A stretch of 64,000 nucleotides of DNA. Origin: Bacteroidales bacterium. Lineage in GTDB: Bacteria; Bacteroidota; Bacteroidia; Bacteroidales; JAADGE01. The notes beneath the pieces were generated by a model. That model had not been told where the DNA came from, ran no database searches, and was given only the letters and a program-made list of their open reading frames with translations. Each line of letters starts with the position of its first letter. Position 1 is the stretch's first letter. Shown piece after piece: positions 57,501-64,000 of this stretch. The position numbers and the translations under genes were made by a program. The stretch lies in the NCBI GenBank assembly GCA_021648725.1, contig JAKISF010000016.1:4043-68042 (forward strand). The letters are read 5' to 3'.

Positions 57501-57730
57501 CCCATGTTTATTTCTCTTTCTTGACATTCCTTAAATGTATATTTAGGAAACGGGTATGCTCTGATATTTGCAACCGAATCAAGATAAATTCTTTCTTTAT
57601 CATAATCTCCTTGTGCATAATCTTTTGCCGCTTTTTTTACACGGTAAGTAGCATAAGTAAATGATAATTGATAAATACTTGCCAATGCCAAAATTACGGC
57701 AAGAAAAGTTATAACTCCTTTGTTTTGCAT
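54575..57730 (-). CDS. secDF: Protein translocase subunit SecDF (fused)
   Basis: 1051 aa. A SecD periplasmic domain plus 6 TM helices, then a SecF module. This fusion is typical of Bacteroidota. Confidence 0.95.
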   Translation of the reverse strand: MQNKGVITFLAVILALASIYQLSFTYATYRVKKAAKDYAQGDYDKERIYLDSVANIRAYPFPKYTFKECQEREINMGLDLKGGMNVILEVSVSELIVGLADNSTNQTFREAIKSAKVKQANATSDFITLFYESFKEIDPNLQLNAIFSTYTLKDRINSSTTDDDVLKIIRQEAQDAIDNSLNVLRSRIDKFGVVQPNIQKLEGNSGRILIELPGIKEPKRVRKLLQGTANLQFWETYDFPEVYEYFYKANAKLRELNSIRNIDTTKVDTAATDTVELITDDGGLLLDTTKNDNLLLTDDSTQNPLLDINESNAALKEKEGFEEYQKQNPLFALLIPYVNKNNQPISSATIGYAHLKDTAKVNEVLNLRQIKSIFPKELVLAWEVKPMDFDNAENDNKDNYFRLIALKSKRAGKPSLEGDVVVQARAQTDPNTGQWEVSMSMNAEATGKWAAITKDNVGKQVAIVLDGYVYSAPNVNSEIKGGSSSISGNFTHDEASDLANILKSGKLQAPAIIIEEEVVGASLGQKAVTHGMMSFIIAFFVILIYMVFFYKTAGIVADIALITNILLIFGVLASLRAVLTLPGIAGIVLTIGMSVDANVLIFERIKEELKLGKGLKLALSDGYKNAYSAIIDANITTLITAIVLFIFGHGPIKGFATTLIIGILTSLFSAIFITRLIFANRMAKGKSISFYTKMTKNAFQNTKIKFIEKRKIAYIISGIIIVLGLFSLFTKGLNLGVDFQGGRIYTVQFDKEVNTSEIAASLQKVFEETPEVKTYGSSNQVKIVTKYMVDNIDVNADDVVEQKLYEGLKAGNFIAKNVTMDAFLEGYVFEDGVAVINSNAEEVLGKTSSRKVGPTIADDIKVGALWAVFFSLIAIFLYIFIRFRNWQFGLGALAALAHDVLLVLGLFSLLYNLMPFSMEINQAFIAAILTVVGYSVNDTVVVFDRIREFMQFSKTRERKVVYNDALNSTLSRTFSTSLSTFVVLLAIFLFGGEAIQGFIFALLIGIVVGTYSSLFIATPVVFDTVKDKTIHDAVIKQKNREYLGGKKKSKK

Positions 57731-57771
57731 ATCTTAATCTTAATTTAAAATAATTTTGATTTTCAGGGGTG

Positions 57772-57779
57772 CAAAGATA
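57772..57779 (-). promoter_or_regulatory. -7 box (TAnnTTTG) upstream of secDF
   Basis: The plus strand reads caaagata, giving TATCTTTG on the minus strand, 41 nt upstream of the ATG. A T8A8 tract lies immediately upstream. Confidence 0.35.
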
Positions 57780-57907
57780 TTGTTTTTTTTAAAAAAAAGA
57801 AAGAAAATATTAATGCATACATGAAATTTAATGTTAACTTTTTTTCAATATTTGAAACAAATCTTAAAAATATTTTTAATATTCTGATATTAAGGGAACT
57901 ATATAAT

Positions 57908-57934
57908 TAAGAAAGGCACGGAAAAAACCGCACC
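57908..57934 (-). terminator. Possible terminator after mdh
   Basis: Minus-strand RNA forms a GGUGCGG / CCGUGCC stem (two G-U pairs) with a U6 loop and a short trailing U-rich stretch. It only pairs on the minus strand. Confidence 0.35.
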
Positions 57935-57960
57935 TTTTTTAATTAACTTTACAAATATAT

Positions 57961-58899
57961 TTAAATAAGATTCATACCGTCAAATACATCCATTACACCT
58001 TTTACAGCTTTGGCAGATGTATTTAAATCTTTTGTTTCTTGCTCATTTAAATCAAGTTCAATTATTTCTTCAATTCCGTTTTTACCGAGAATAACAGGAA
58101 CACCAAGATAAATTTTATCAAGTCCGTATTGTCCTTCAAGATAAGCACAAACAGGAAAAGTTCGTTTTTCGTCTTTAATAATTGCTTCTACCATTTGAGC
58201 CGCAGCAGCTCCGGGTGCATACCAAGCAGAAGTTCCCATTAAAGCAACTAATTCGCCTCCTCCTTTTTTAGTTCTCGTAACTATTTCGTTTAATCTTTCT
58301 TCTTTAATATATTGTGTAATCGGAATACCGTTTACTTTTGTATATCTCGGAAGCGGAACCATTGTATCGCCGTGTCCGCCCATTAATAATGCTTGTATAT
58401 CTTTCGGCGAAGTTCCCATTTCATCTGCAAGAAAAGCTCTGTATCTTGCAGTATCAAGAATACCTGCCATTCCGAAAACTTTTTTAGAATCGACTCCTGC
58501 TGTTTTATACGCTGCATAAGTCATAACATCTAAAGGATTAGAAACTATAATAATAATAGCATCGGGTGATTTCTCAATTGCTTTTTTTGTAACTTCGTTT
58601 ACTATTTTTGCATTTGTTGAAATTAAATCGTCTCTTGACATACCCGGTTTACGCGGTAAGCCTGAAGTAATTACAATAACATCCGAACCTGCAGTTTTAG
58701 AATAGTCATTTGTAGAGCCTGTAATTCTTGCATTAAACCCCTCAATAGCAGATGTTTGCCACATATCAAGAGCTTTACCTTCTGCTAAGCCTTCTTTAAT
58801 ATCTAATAATACAACTTCTTTTACAATATCTTTTCTTGCAACTGAATCTGCAACTGTAGCACCTACATTTCCGGCACCTATAACTGTTACTTTACTCAT
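57961..58899 (-). CDS. mdh: Malate dehydrogenase (LDH-like family)
   Basis: 312 aa. Rossmann motif VIGAGNVG, substrate loop GLPRKPGMSRDDL and catalytic GGHGD. Confidence 0.95.
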   Translation of the reverse strand: MSKVTVIGAGNVGATVADSVARKDIVKEVVLLDIKEGLAEGKALDMWQTSAIEGFNARITGSTNDYSKTAGSDVIVITSGLPRKPGMSRDDLISTNAKIVNEVTKKAIEKSPDAIIIIVSNPLDVMTYAAYKTAGVDSKKVFGMAGILDTARYRAFLADEMGTSPKDIQALLMGGHGDTMVPLPRYTKVNGIPITQYIKEERLNEIVTRTKKGGGELVALMGTSAWYAPGAAAAQMVEAIIKDEKRTFPVCAYLEGQYGLDKIYLGVPVILGKNGIEEIIELDLNEQETKDLNTSAKAVKGVMDVFDGMNLI

Positions 58900-59047
58900 A
58901 ATAATATAATTTTTTTGATTTAGTAAATTTATTTGCCGGCTAAATTAACTGAAAAAAATTTAGTCTAAACATATTTAGCAACATATTATATATTCCCAAC
59001 AGCATAATTACAACTCAAAATCAGGTGAAAAAGTTAAGTTTTTTTAA

Positions 59048-59896
59048 TTAAAAGTATAATTGAATAAAACCTTGTATAACTTCGCCTGTTTCTCTGTTTA
59101 ACTCAGAACCGTGCATACTGTGAGGTATGGAAAAAATAATGATTGTTACCAAAGATGCAATTATAACAGATATCCTGTTTTCTTTTTTTCTGTTTAATAA
59201 AAAGGCTGCCAACCAAGCCAAAAATGCAATAAGGAGCTTGTTATCAGTTAAATCCCAGCCAAACGGAACTCCCGCCCAATATTCAAGGAATGCAAATTTT
59301 TGAACGATGGGTCCGAGAATCATTCCGCCGATTAACATTAAAATTAGAGTTATGCTTGTATATCTTTTAAATTGCGGGATTTTAAATACTGCAAATAAAC
59401 CGGCAACATTTGCTAAAAACATTGCGAAGAAAATAAATATAACATGAGGAATAATGACATATACAGGAACTCCTCCTTTAAATCTTACTACTATCGGTTG
59501 TTTTTTAAAATGTTCTTTTGTTCCTTTATTGTCAGTAATTGAGAAATAATACATTAATTTTCCGGCAGGCGGTTGGTGAGGCAACTTTGCGATAAATACA
59601 TTTTGATCTTCGACTTTCTCAAATTTAAAGTTTTCTGTACTCCACTTTTCTTCATTAATTACCGGATAATGTTTCCAATATAGTGTAGCATTAACTTCTG
59701 CATCATCAATATCTAAAATTATGCTTGCATCATCATCACCGCCGTGAGAACGAATAAGTTTTAAATTATATTCTTTTCCGTTTAATGTGATTTTTTCTTT
59801 TTTCGGATAAGTCGGTCCTGTCATTTTTTGATAGACAGCTGCAACTAAGGTTATTATTAATCCTAACGTCCATAATAATATTCTTTTTCCTTTCAT
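59048..59896 (-). CDS. Hypothetical membrane protein
   Basis: 282 aa. An N-terminal TM helix, a ~120-aa beta-rich extracytoplasmic domain, then about five TM helices. No family recognised. Confidence 0.5.
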   Translation of the reverse strand: MKGKRILLWTLGLIITLVAAVYQKMTGPTYPKKEKITLNGKEYNLKLIRSHGGDDDASIILDIDDAEVNATLYWKHYPVINEEKWSTENFKFEKVEDQNVFIAKLPHQPPAGKLMYYFSITDNKGTKEHFKKQPIVVRFKGGVPVYVIIPHVIFIFFAMFLANVAGLFAVFKIPQFKRYTSITLILMLIGGMILGPIVQKFAFLEYWAGVPFGWDLTDNKLLIAFLAWLAAFLLNRKKENRISVIIASLVTIIIFSIPHSMHGSELNRETGEVIQGFIQLYF

Positions 59897-59940
59897 TTGC
59901 TCATTATTTAATTAAAGTTATAAAATTAAATTATTTAGTA

Positions 59941-61701
59941 TTACAGCTGAACAGCCAACACTTGTTTTTTTTCATTTCGAATAATATCTACCATAACTCT
60001 TTGTCCTTTTTCAAGTTTTCCCAAAACTTCCATATATTCATAAATATTTGCAATTTTTTCACCGTTTAGTGCCGTTATTACATCTCCTCTTTTTAAACCT
60101 CCTGTTTCTGCCGGACCGCCTTTTGTAACTCCGTCAACTCTCAGTCCTTTGTTTGACGTATCTCCGAAACCGGGCATAATTCCTAAGGTTACTTTTAATC
60201 CTCTGCTGCTTTTTCTGCTTTGAGGCATTTCTGTTTCGGTAAAAGTTAATTTTTCTTTTCTTCCCGATAAATCTTTTATTATATTGAATATCAGTTTTGT
60301 AACTGCTTCTTGCCCCGTAATATTTATTTTCTCAGTATCATCAAAAGGAGTGTGATAATCTTCATGAGCTCCTGTATTAAAAAATAAAACAGGAATATTC
60401 ATTCTGTAAAAAGATGAGTGATCGGAAGCCCCTGAACCTCCCGGGGAATATGAGAGTTTCAAATTTGTTTCGTTTTTATACTTATTAAGAAATTCATTAA
60501 ATTCTTTTGCCGTTCCCGTTCCTGCAATCGTAACATTTTTTTCTGCATTTAACCGTCCCAGCATATCCAAATTTACCATTGTATATACTTTCGATAAGTT
60601 AACCGGCGGATTATTAACAAAATATGAAGACCCTAATAATCCCATTTCTTCTGCACCGAAAGCAATAAAAAGAATGCTTCTTTCAGGTTTTATTTTTTCA
60701 TCATTAAATTTCTCTGCAATTTCAAGCAATGATGAAATACCGGAAGCATTATCATCAGCTCCGTTATGAACAGCAACGGTATCGGGCATTCTTGACCCTG
60801 AATTTTTTCCGCCTAAACCAAGATGGTCATAATGTGCTCCGACTACAATAAATTCTTGTGAAAGTGTTTTGTTACTTCCGGGTAAAATTGCCAAAACATT
60901 ATGTGTTTGTGTTTTTACATATTCAATATCAACAGTAGCCTTAATTTTTGTTTTTGTAATAAAAGAATTATGTTTTCTTTCTTTAATTAGAATATTTTCA
61001 TAATCAATAATAGATTTTCCGTTATCAAGAACTTTATCTGCTAATTGTCTTTTGATTTGAATTACGGGAATTTTAACTTGTGCATTACCTCTGCCGTATT
61101 TCAGTTCCGCTAATTTATCTTCTTTATCAAATGTTTCTCCGGAAACCAACAGAACACCTGCTGCACCTTTTTTTACGGCTGTCATTACTTTTGAAAGATC
61201 CGAGCTGTAAGGAATGTAAAAACTGTTTCTGTTGCTCATTTCAGGATCCCCTCTCAAAACTAAAACCCATTTACCTTTTACATCAACGTCTTTATAATCA
61301 TTCCATTTTATGCTGTCAGTGTTTATATCAAAACCGTAGCCGACAAAAACAGCTTTAGACGAAACCGTTCCGTTACCGGAAAACGGCAAAGGAATATTAT
61401 CTTCCAAAGACTTTGCACTGAATTTATTGATATACAAATGATTATTACTGTTGTGCTTAATACCTGTAGTAATGTTAAAATATTGGTAACCGTTATCTCC
61501 CGCTAATGATAAGCCGTTTTTTTTAAATTCATTTTTAATATATTCCGCAGCAAGTTCATCTCCTTTGGTACCGGGTTTTCTGCCTCCTAATTCATCTGAT
61601 GCTAAATACTCAATGTGTTTTTTAATTTCTTTTCCTGTGATGCTTTGTGTAAAGCCAATAATATTCAAAGACAGGAATATTGATAATATTAAATATTTCA
61701 T
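59941..61701 (-). CDS. M28 family aminopeptidase with PA domain and C-terminal PDZ domain
   Basis: Zinc-ligand contexts HNGADDNASG, AEEMGLLGS, NLDMLG and HEDYHTPFD. C-terminal PDZ segment (GLRVDGVTKGGPAETGGLKRGDVI). The ATG at 61701 gives a clean signal peptide, whereas the TTG at 61764 lies inside a hairpin. Confidence 0.85.
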   Translation of the reverse strand: MKYLILSIFLSLNIIGFTQSITGKEIKKHIEYLASDELGGRKPGTKGDELAAEYIKNEFKKNGLSLAGDNGYQYFNITTGIKHNSNNHLYINKFSAKSLEDNIPLPFSGNGTVSSKAVFVGYGFDINTDSIKWNDYKDVDVKGKWVLVLRGDPEMSNRNSFYIPYSSDLSKVMTAVKKGAAGVLLVSGETFDKEDKLAELKYGRGNAQVKIPVIQIKRQLADKVLDNGKSIIDYENILIKERKHNSFITKTKIKATVDIEYVKTQTHNVLAILPGSNKTLSQEFIVVGAHYDHLGLGGKNSGSRMPDTVAVHNGADDNASGISSLLEIAEKFNDEKIKPERSILFIAFGAEEMGLLGSSYFVNNPPVNLSKVYTMVNLDMLGRLNAEKNVTIAGTGTAKEFNEFLNKYKNETNLKLSYSPGGSGASDHSSFYRMNIPVLFFNTGAHEDYHTPFDDTEKINITGQEAVTKLIFNIIKDLSGRKEKLTFTETEMPQSRKSSRGLKVTLGIMPGFGDTSNKGLRVDGVTKGGPAETGGLKRGDVITALNGEKIANIYEYMEVLGKLEKGQRVMVDIIRNEKKQVLAVQL

Positions 61702-61721
61702 ATAATTTTTATTTATAATAT

Positions 61722-61761
61722 TTCTAAATAACAGCAAAAATATAAAATAAATTGTTTGCTG
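61722..61761 (-). terminator. Possible terminator after the quinone oxidoreductase gene
   Basis: Minus-strand RNA forms a CAGCAAA / UUUGCUG 7-bp stem with a 16-nt loop, followed by UUAUUU. Confidence 0.4.
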
Positions 61762-61777
61762 CAATAAAAGTAAATCT

Positions 61778-62806
61778 TTACCATTTTACGGCAATTTTTC
61801 CGACAGATTTTCTTTTTTGAATATAATCATGTGCTTCTTCTAAATCTTTTACATCAAAAACTTTATTTACAGTAGGATTAATTTCGCCTTTATTGAATAA
61901 ATCAACAACATTACCCATACATTTTTTTAAGATGTACGGTTTATAATCGCCTATTTGAAGCATATTTACACCTATTAACGTTTGCGAGTTTGCAAAAAAT
62001 TGTGTGGGTCTGTATTTGCCGAAACCTAAAAGCGTTTTTATTTGCCTGAATGCACTTTTTTTATCACTGTTTCCTGCAATTTGAGCGGCTCCGTACATTG
62101 CGAACCTTCCTCCGGGAGCAAGTAATTTCAATCCTTTTTTAACATAATTACCGCCTATGGAATCAAATATTGCATCCATACTTTTTTCTCCTTTAACAGA
62201 TTTAATATATTCATAGAAATCTTGTTTTCTGTAATTGATAGGAAAGTCAACACCTTGTTTCTTTAAATATTCAATTTTCTCATCAGACCCGGCTGTTCCG
62301 TAAACAGTACAGCCTCTTCTTTTTGCTAATTGAACCAATGCTGTTCCTACTCCTCCGGCAGCTGCTTGTACTAAAACATGTTCGCCTTTTTGCAAATTCA
62401 TGCTGTATTCGGCTGCATAATAAGCGGTTGCATATTGGGTTGCTAAAGCTGTTGCTTTTGCTGCATCTGTATCTTCTTTAATAGGTATCACACCGTGATG
62501 ATTTGTATTAACATGAGTTGCATATCCTCCGAATCTTGTAAGAGCAGTAACTCTTTGCCCAATTTCAAGATCTTTAACATTGCTTCCTTTTTTTATAATT
62601 CTTCCCGCAACATCATACCCGATAACAGCAGGTAACGAAGGACAAGCCTTATAATAACCCAAACGTGCCATAACATCTGCAAAATTTAAACCGAACACTT
62701 CAACTTCAATTGTTACATCATTTTCTCCCGGTTCAGGCAGGTTGAGTTCTCTTAATTCAAAGGCATCTTTTGAACCTCCGTTTTTTATAAGATAGTATGC
62801 TTTCAT
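61778..62806 (-). CDS. Zinc-type alcohol dehydrogenase / NADPH:quinone oxidoreductase family (MDR superfamily)
   Basis: 342 aa. GroES-like N-terminus and cofactor motif VQAAAGGVGTA. Confidence 0.85.
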   Translation of the reverse strand: MKAYYLIKNGGSKDAFELRELNLPEPGENDVTIEVEVFGLNFADVMARLGYYKACPSLPAVIGYDVAGRIIKKGSNVKDLEIGQRVTALTRFGGYATHVNTNHHGVIPIKEDTDAAKATALATQYATAYYAAEYSMNLQKGEHVLVQAAAGGVGTALVQLAKRRGCTVYGTAGSDEKIEYLKKQGVDFPINYRKQDFYEYIKSVKGEKSMDAIFDSIGGNYVKKGLKLLAPGGRFAMYGAAQIAGNSDKKSAFRQIKTLLGFGKYRPTQFFANSQTLIGVNMLQIGDYKPYILKKCMGNVVDLFNKGEINPTVNKVFDVKDLEEAHDYIQKRKSVGKIAVKW

Positions 62807-62831
62807 GTTTTTTATATTAATTTAGAAAGCA

Positions 62832-62839
62832 CAAAACTA
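62832..62839 (-). promoter_or_regulatory. -7 box (TAnnTTTG) upstream of the oxidoreductase gene
   Basis: The plus strand reads caaaacta, giving TAGTTTTG on the minus strand, 25 nt upstream of the ATG. Confidence 0.4.
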
Positions 62840-62871
62840 TTAAATGTATTCGAGAATTAGAATGAAAAGAT

Positions 62872-62879
62872 TAAATTTG
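62872..62879 (+). promoter_or_regulatory. -7 box (TAnnTTTG) upstream of the C69 dipeptidase gene
   Basis: TAAATTTG, 31 nt upstream of the ATG. Confidence 0.45.
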
Positions 62880-62910
62880 TTTTTTTTTGAAATTTAAACA
62901 ATAAGTAAAC

Positions 62911-64000
62911 ATGAGGAGGTTATCAATATTATTAATCGTAATTATTTTTTTCAGTATAAAAATCTATGCACAAGATAAAAGCGATTGGCAGGGAGGAGTT
63001 CCTGAAGGATGTACAACAATTACGGCAGGAAAATCAGCAACAACAGACGGCTCAGTCGTAACTTCACATACCGATGACAGCCATAAAACTCGTTCATGGA
63101 TGAATATTATTCCTGCAAAAGACTATAATGAGAATGAAATTACAATTATGTATAAACGAACAAGCACCGACAGTTTGGCGATGCCTGCTTATAAACATAC
63201 ACCAATCGGCAGTATTCCGCAAGTGAATCATACATATCAATTTATAAATACTGCCTATCCGTCAATGAATGAGCATCAACTGGCAATAGGGGAATCAACT
63301 TTCGGCGGAAGAGATGAGTTGCAATCAGATAAAGGTTTAATAGATTGCCAAAGATTATGTCAATTAATGTTGGAGCGTTGCACTACCGCAAGACAAGCGA
63401 TAAAAACAGCCGATGAACTTACAAAGAAATACGGTTGGAATGATTACGGTGAATGTTTAACCATTGCCGATACTAAAGAAGTTTGGCATTTTGAGATTGT
63501 CGGTCCCGGAAAAGGTAAAGTCGGTGCCGTTTGGGTAGCACAACGTGTGCCGGATAATCATGTTTCTGTTAATGCAAATGCAAGTCGAATTCGGAAAATT
63601 AATTTAAAAGATAAGAAAAACTTTTTAGCGTCTGACAATATTTATTCTCTTGCAAAAGAAAAAGGATGGTGGAACGGAAAAAAAGAAGATTTTGAGTTTT
63701 GTTATGCTTATGCACCTGAAAGTAGACAATCTGTTGCTGCAAGACGTAGAGAATGGCGCACACTTGATTTATTTGCACCTTCATTAAAATTACATCCTGA
63801 TGACGAGAATTATCCTTTTTCGGTTAAACCTGATAAAAAAATAAGTTTACAGGATGTTGTTAATGTTTTTAAAGATTATTATGAAGGAACACCTTATGAT
63901 ATGACCAGAAATATCACAACTTTCGATGATAAAGGGAATAAAATAATTTCACCTTTGGCTAATCCGTTTATGCCTTACGATCAATTAAGTATAAGCAATG
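62911..64000 (+). CDS. C69 family dipeptidase (3' end cut by the window edge)
   Basis: The frame is open from the ATG at 62911 to the window end, and it is absent from the ORF track because no stop is reached. Signal peptide, then GCTTITAGKSATTDGSVVTSHTDD (N-terminal nucleophile Cys), and later GECLTIADTKEVWHFEI. Confidence 0.8.
   Translation, partial: MRRLSILLIVIIFFSIKIYAQDKSDWQGGVPEGCTTITAGKSATTDGSVVTSHTDDSHKTRSWMNIIPAKDYNENEITIMYKRTSTDSLAMPAYKHTPIGSIPQVNHTYQFINTAYPSMNEHQLAIGESTFGGRDELQSDKGLIDCQRLCQLMLERCTTARQAIKTADELTKKYGWNDYGECLTIADTKEVWHFEIVGPGKGKVGAVWVAQRVPDNHVSVNANASRIRKINLKDKKNFLASDNIYSLAKEKGWWNGKKEDFEFCYAYAPESRQSVAARRREWRTLDLFAPSLKLHPDDENYPFSVKPDKKISLQDVVNVFKDYYEGTPYDMTRNITTFDDKGNKIISPLANPFMPYDQLSISN

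Noticed and set aside
57783-57798. Perfect T8A8 palindrome upstream of secDF
   Set aside because: It is probably just an AT-tract or UP-like element adjacent to the -7 box. Such tracts are common in this composition, and I cannot attach a specific function.
1-64000. Looked for tRNA/rRNA-like GC-rich structured segments, IS or transposase, integrase, restriction-modification, toxin-antitoxin or known defence-system genes
   Set aside because: None was recognised. Every long ORF has a housekeeping, envelope or peptidase assignment or is a hypothetical membrane or lipoprotein. Intergenic regions are short and AT-rich, without cloverleaf-like or conserved-RNA features that I could see by eye. An Infernal/tRNAscan run would be needed to be certain.

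Overview
This is an AT-rich chromosomal segment (roughly one-third G+C by eye), tightly packed with about 48 protein-coding genes. I found no rRNA, tRNA, CRISPR array, transposase, integrase or recognisable defence system. The lineage signals all point to Bacteroidota: a PorV-like T9SS outer-membrane protein, a 1511-aa SprB-repeat/PKD protein ending in a type-B (gliding-motility) T9SS C-terminal domain, TonB-dependent receptors with CarboxypepD_reg-type N-termini, a fused SecDF, a Rho factor with a lysine-rich N-terminal insertion, and recurrent TAnnTTTG -7 promoter boxes. Most genes are housekeeping (clpB, sucC, fabH, ung, gmk, glyA, lptB, rho, trmD, tatA, secDF, mdh). They are interleaved with many exported peptidases: M16, two tandem S9A prolyl oligopeptidases, oligopeptidase B, an M28-PA-PDZ peptidase, and a C69 dipeptidase truncated by the window edge. 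This looks like a core region rather than an accessory island, and I see no clear-cut novel system. The best candidates for undescribed biology are: (1) a TerB-domain/ABCG-type exporter with a ~200-aa predicted periplasmic coiled-coil loop, translationally coupled (TAATG) to a stand-alone protein that fits the CZB zinc-sensor signature exactly; (2) a tatA-linked ~996-aa protein with two receiver-like domains and a PPDK_N ATP-grasp domain that lacks any phosphohistidine domain; (3) a split TPM-like protein paired with a Gly-rich membrane protein carrying two (Tim44-like + zinc-ribbon) modules. Sequence-level observations include tandem prolyl oligopeptidase paralogues with different sorting signals and patches of near-identical DNA, four longest-ORF N-terminal extensions that are really translated terminator hairpins, and three convergent gene pairs with abutting or overlapping stop codons. 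All functional calls rest on motif recognition by eye; no searches were run.
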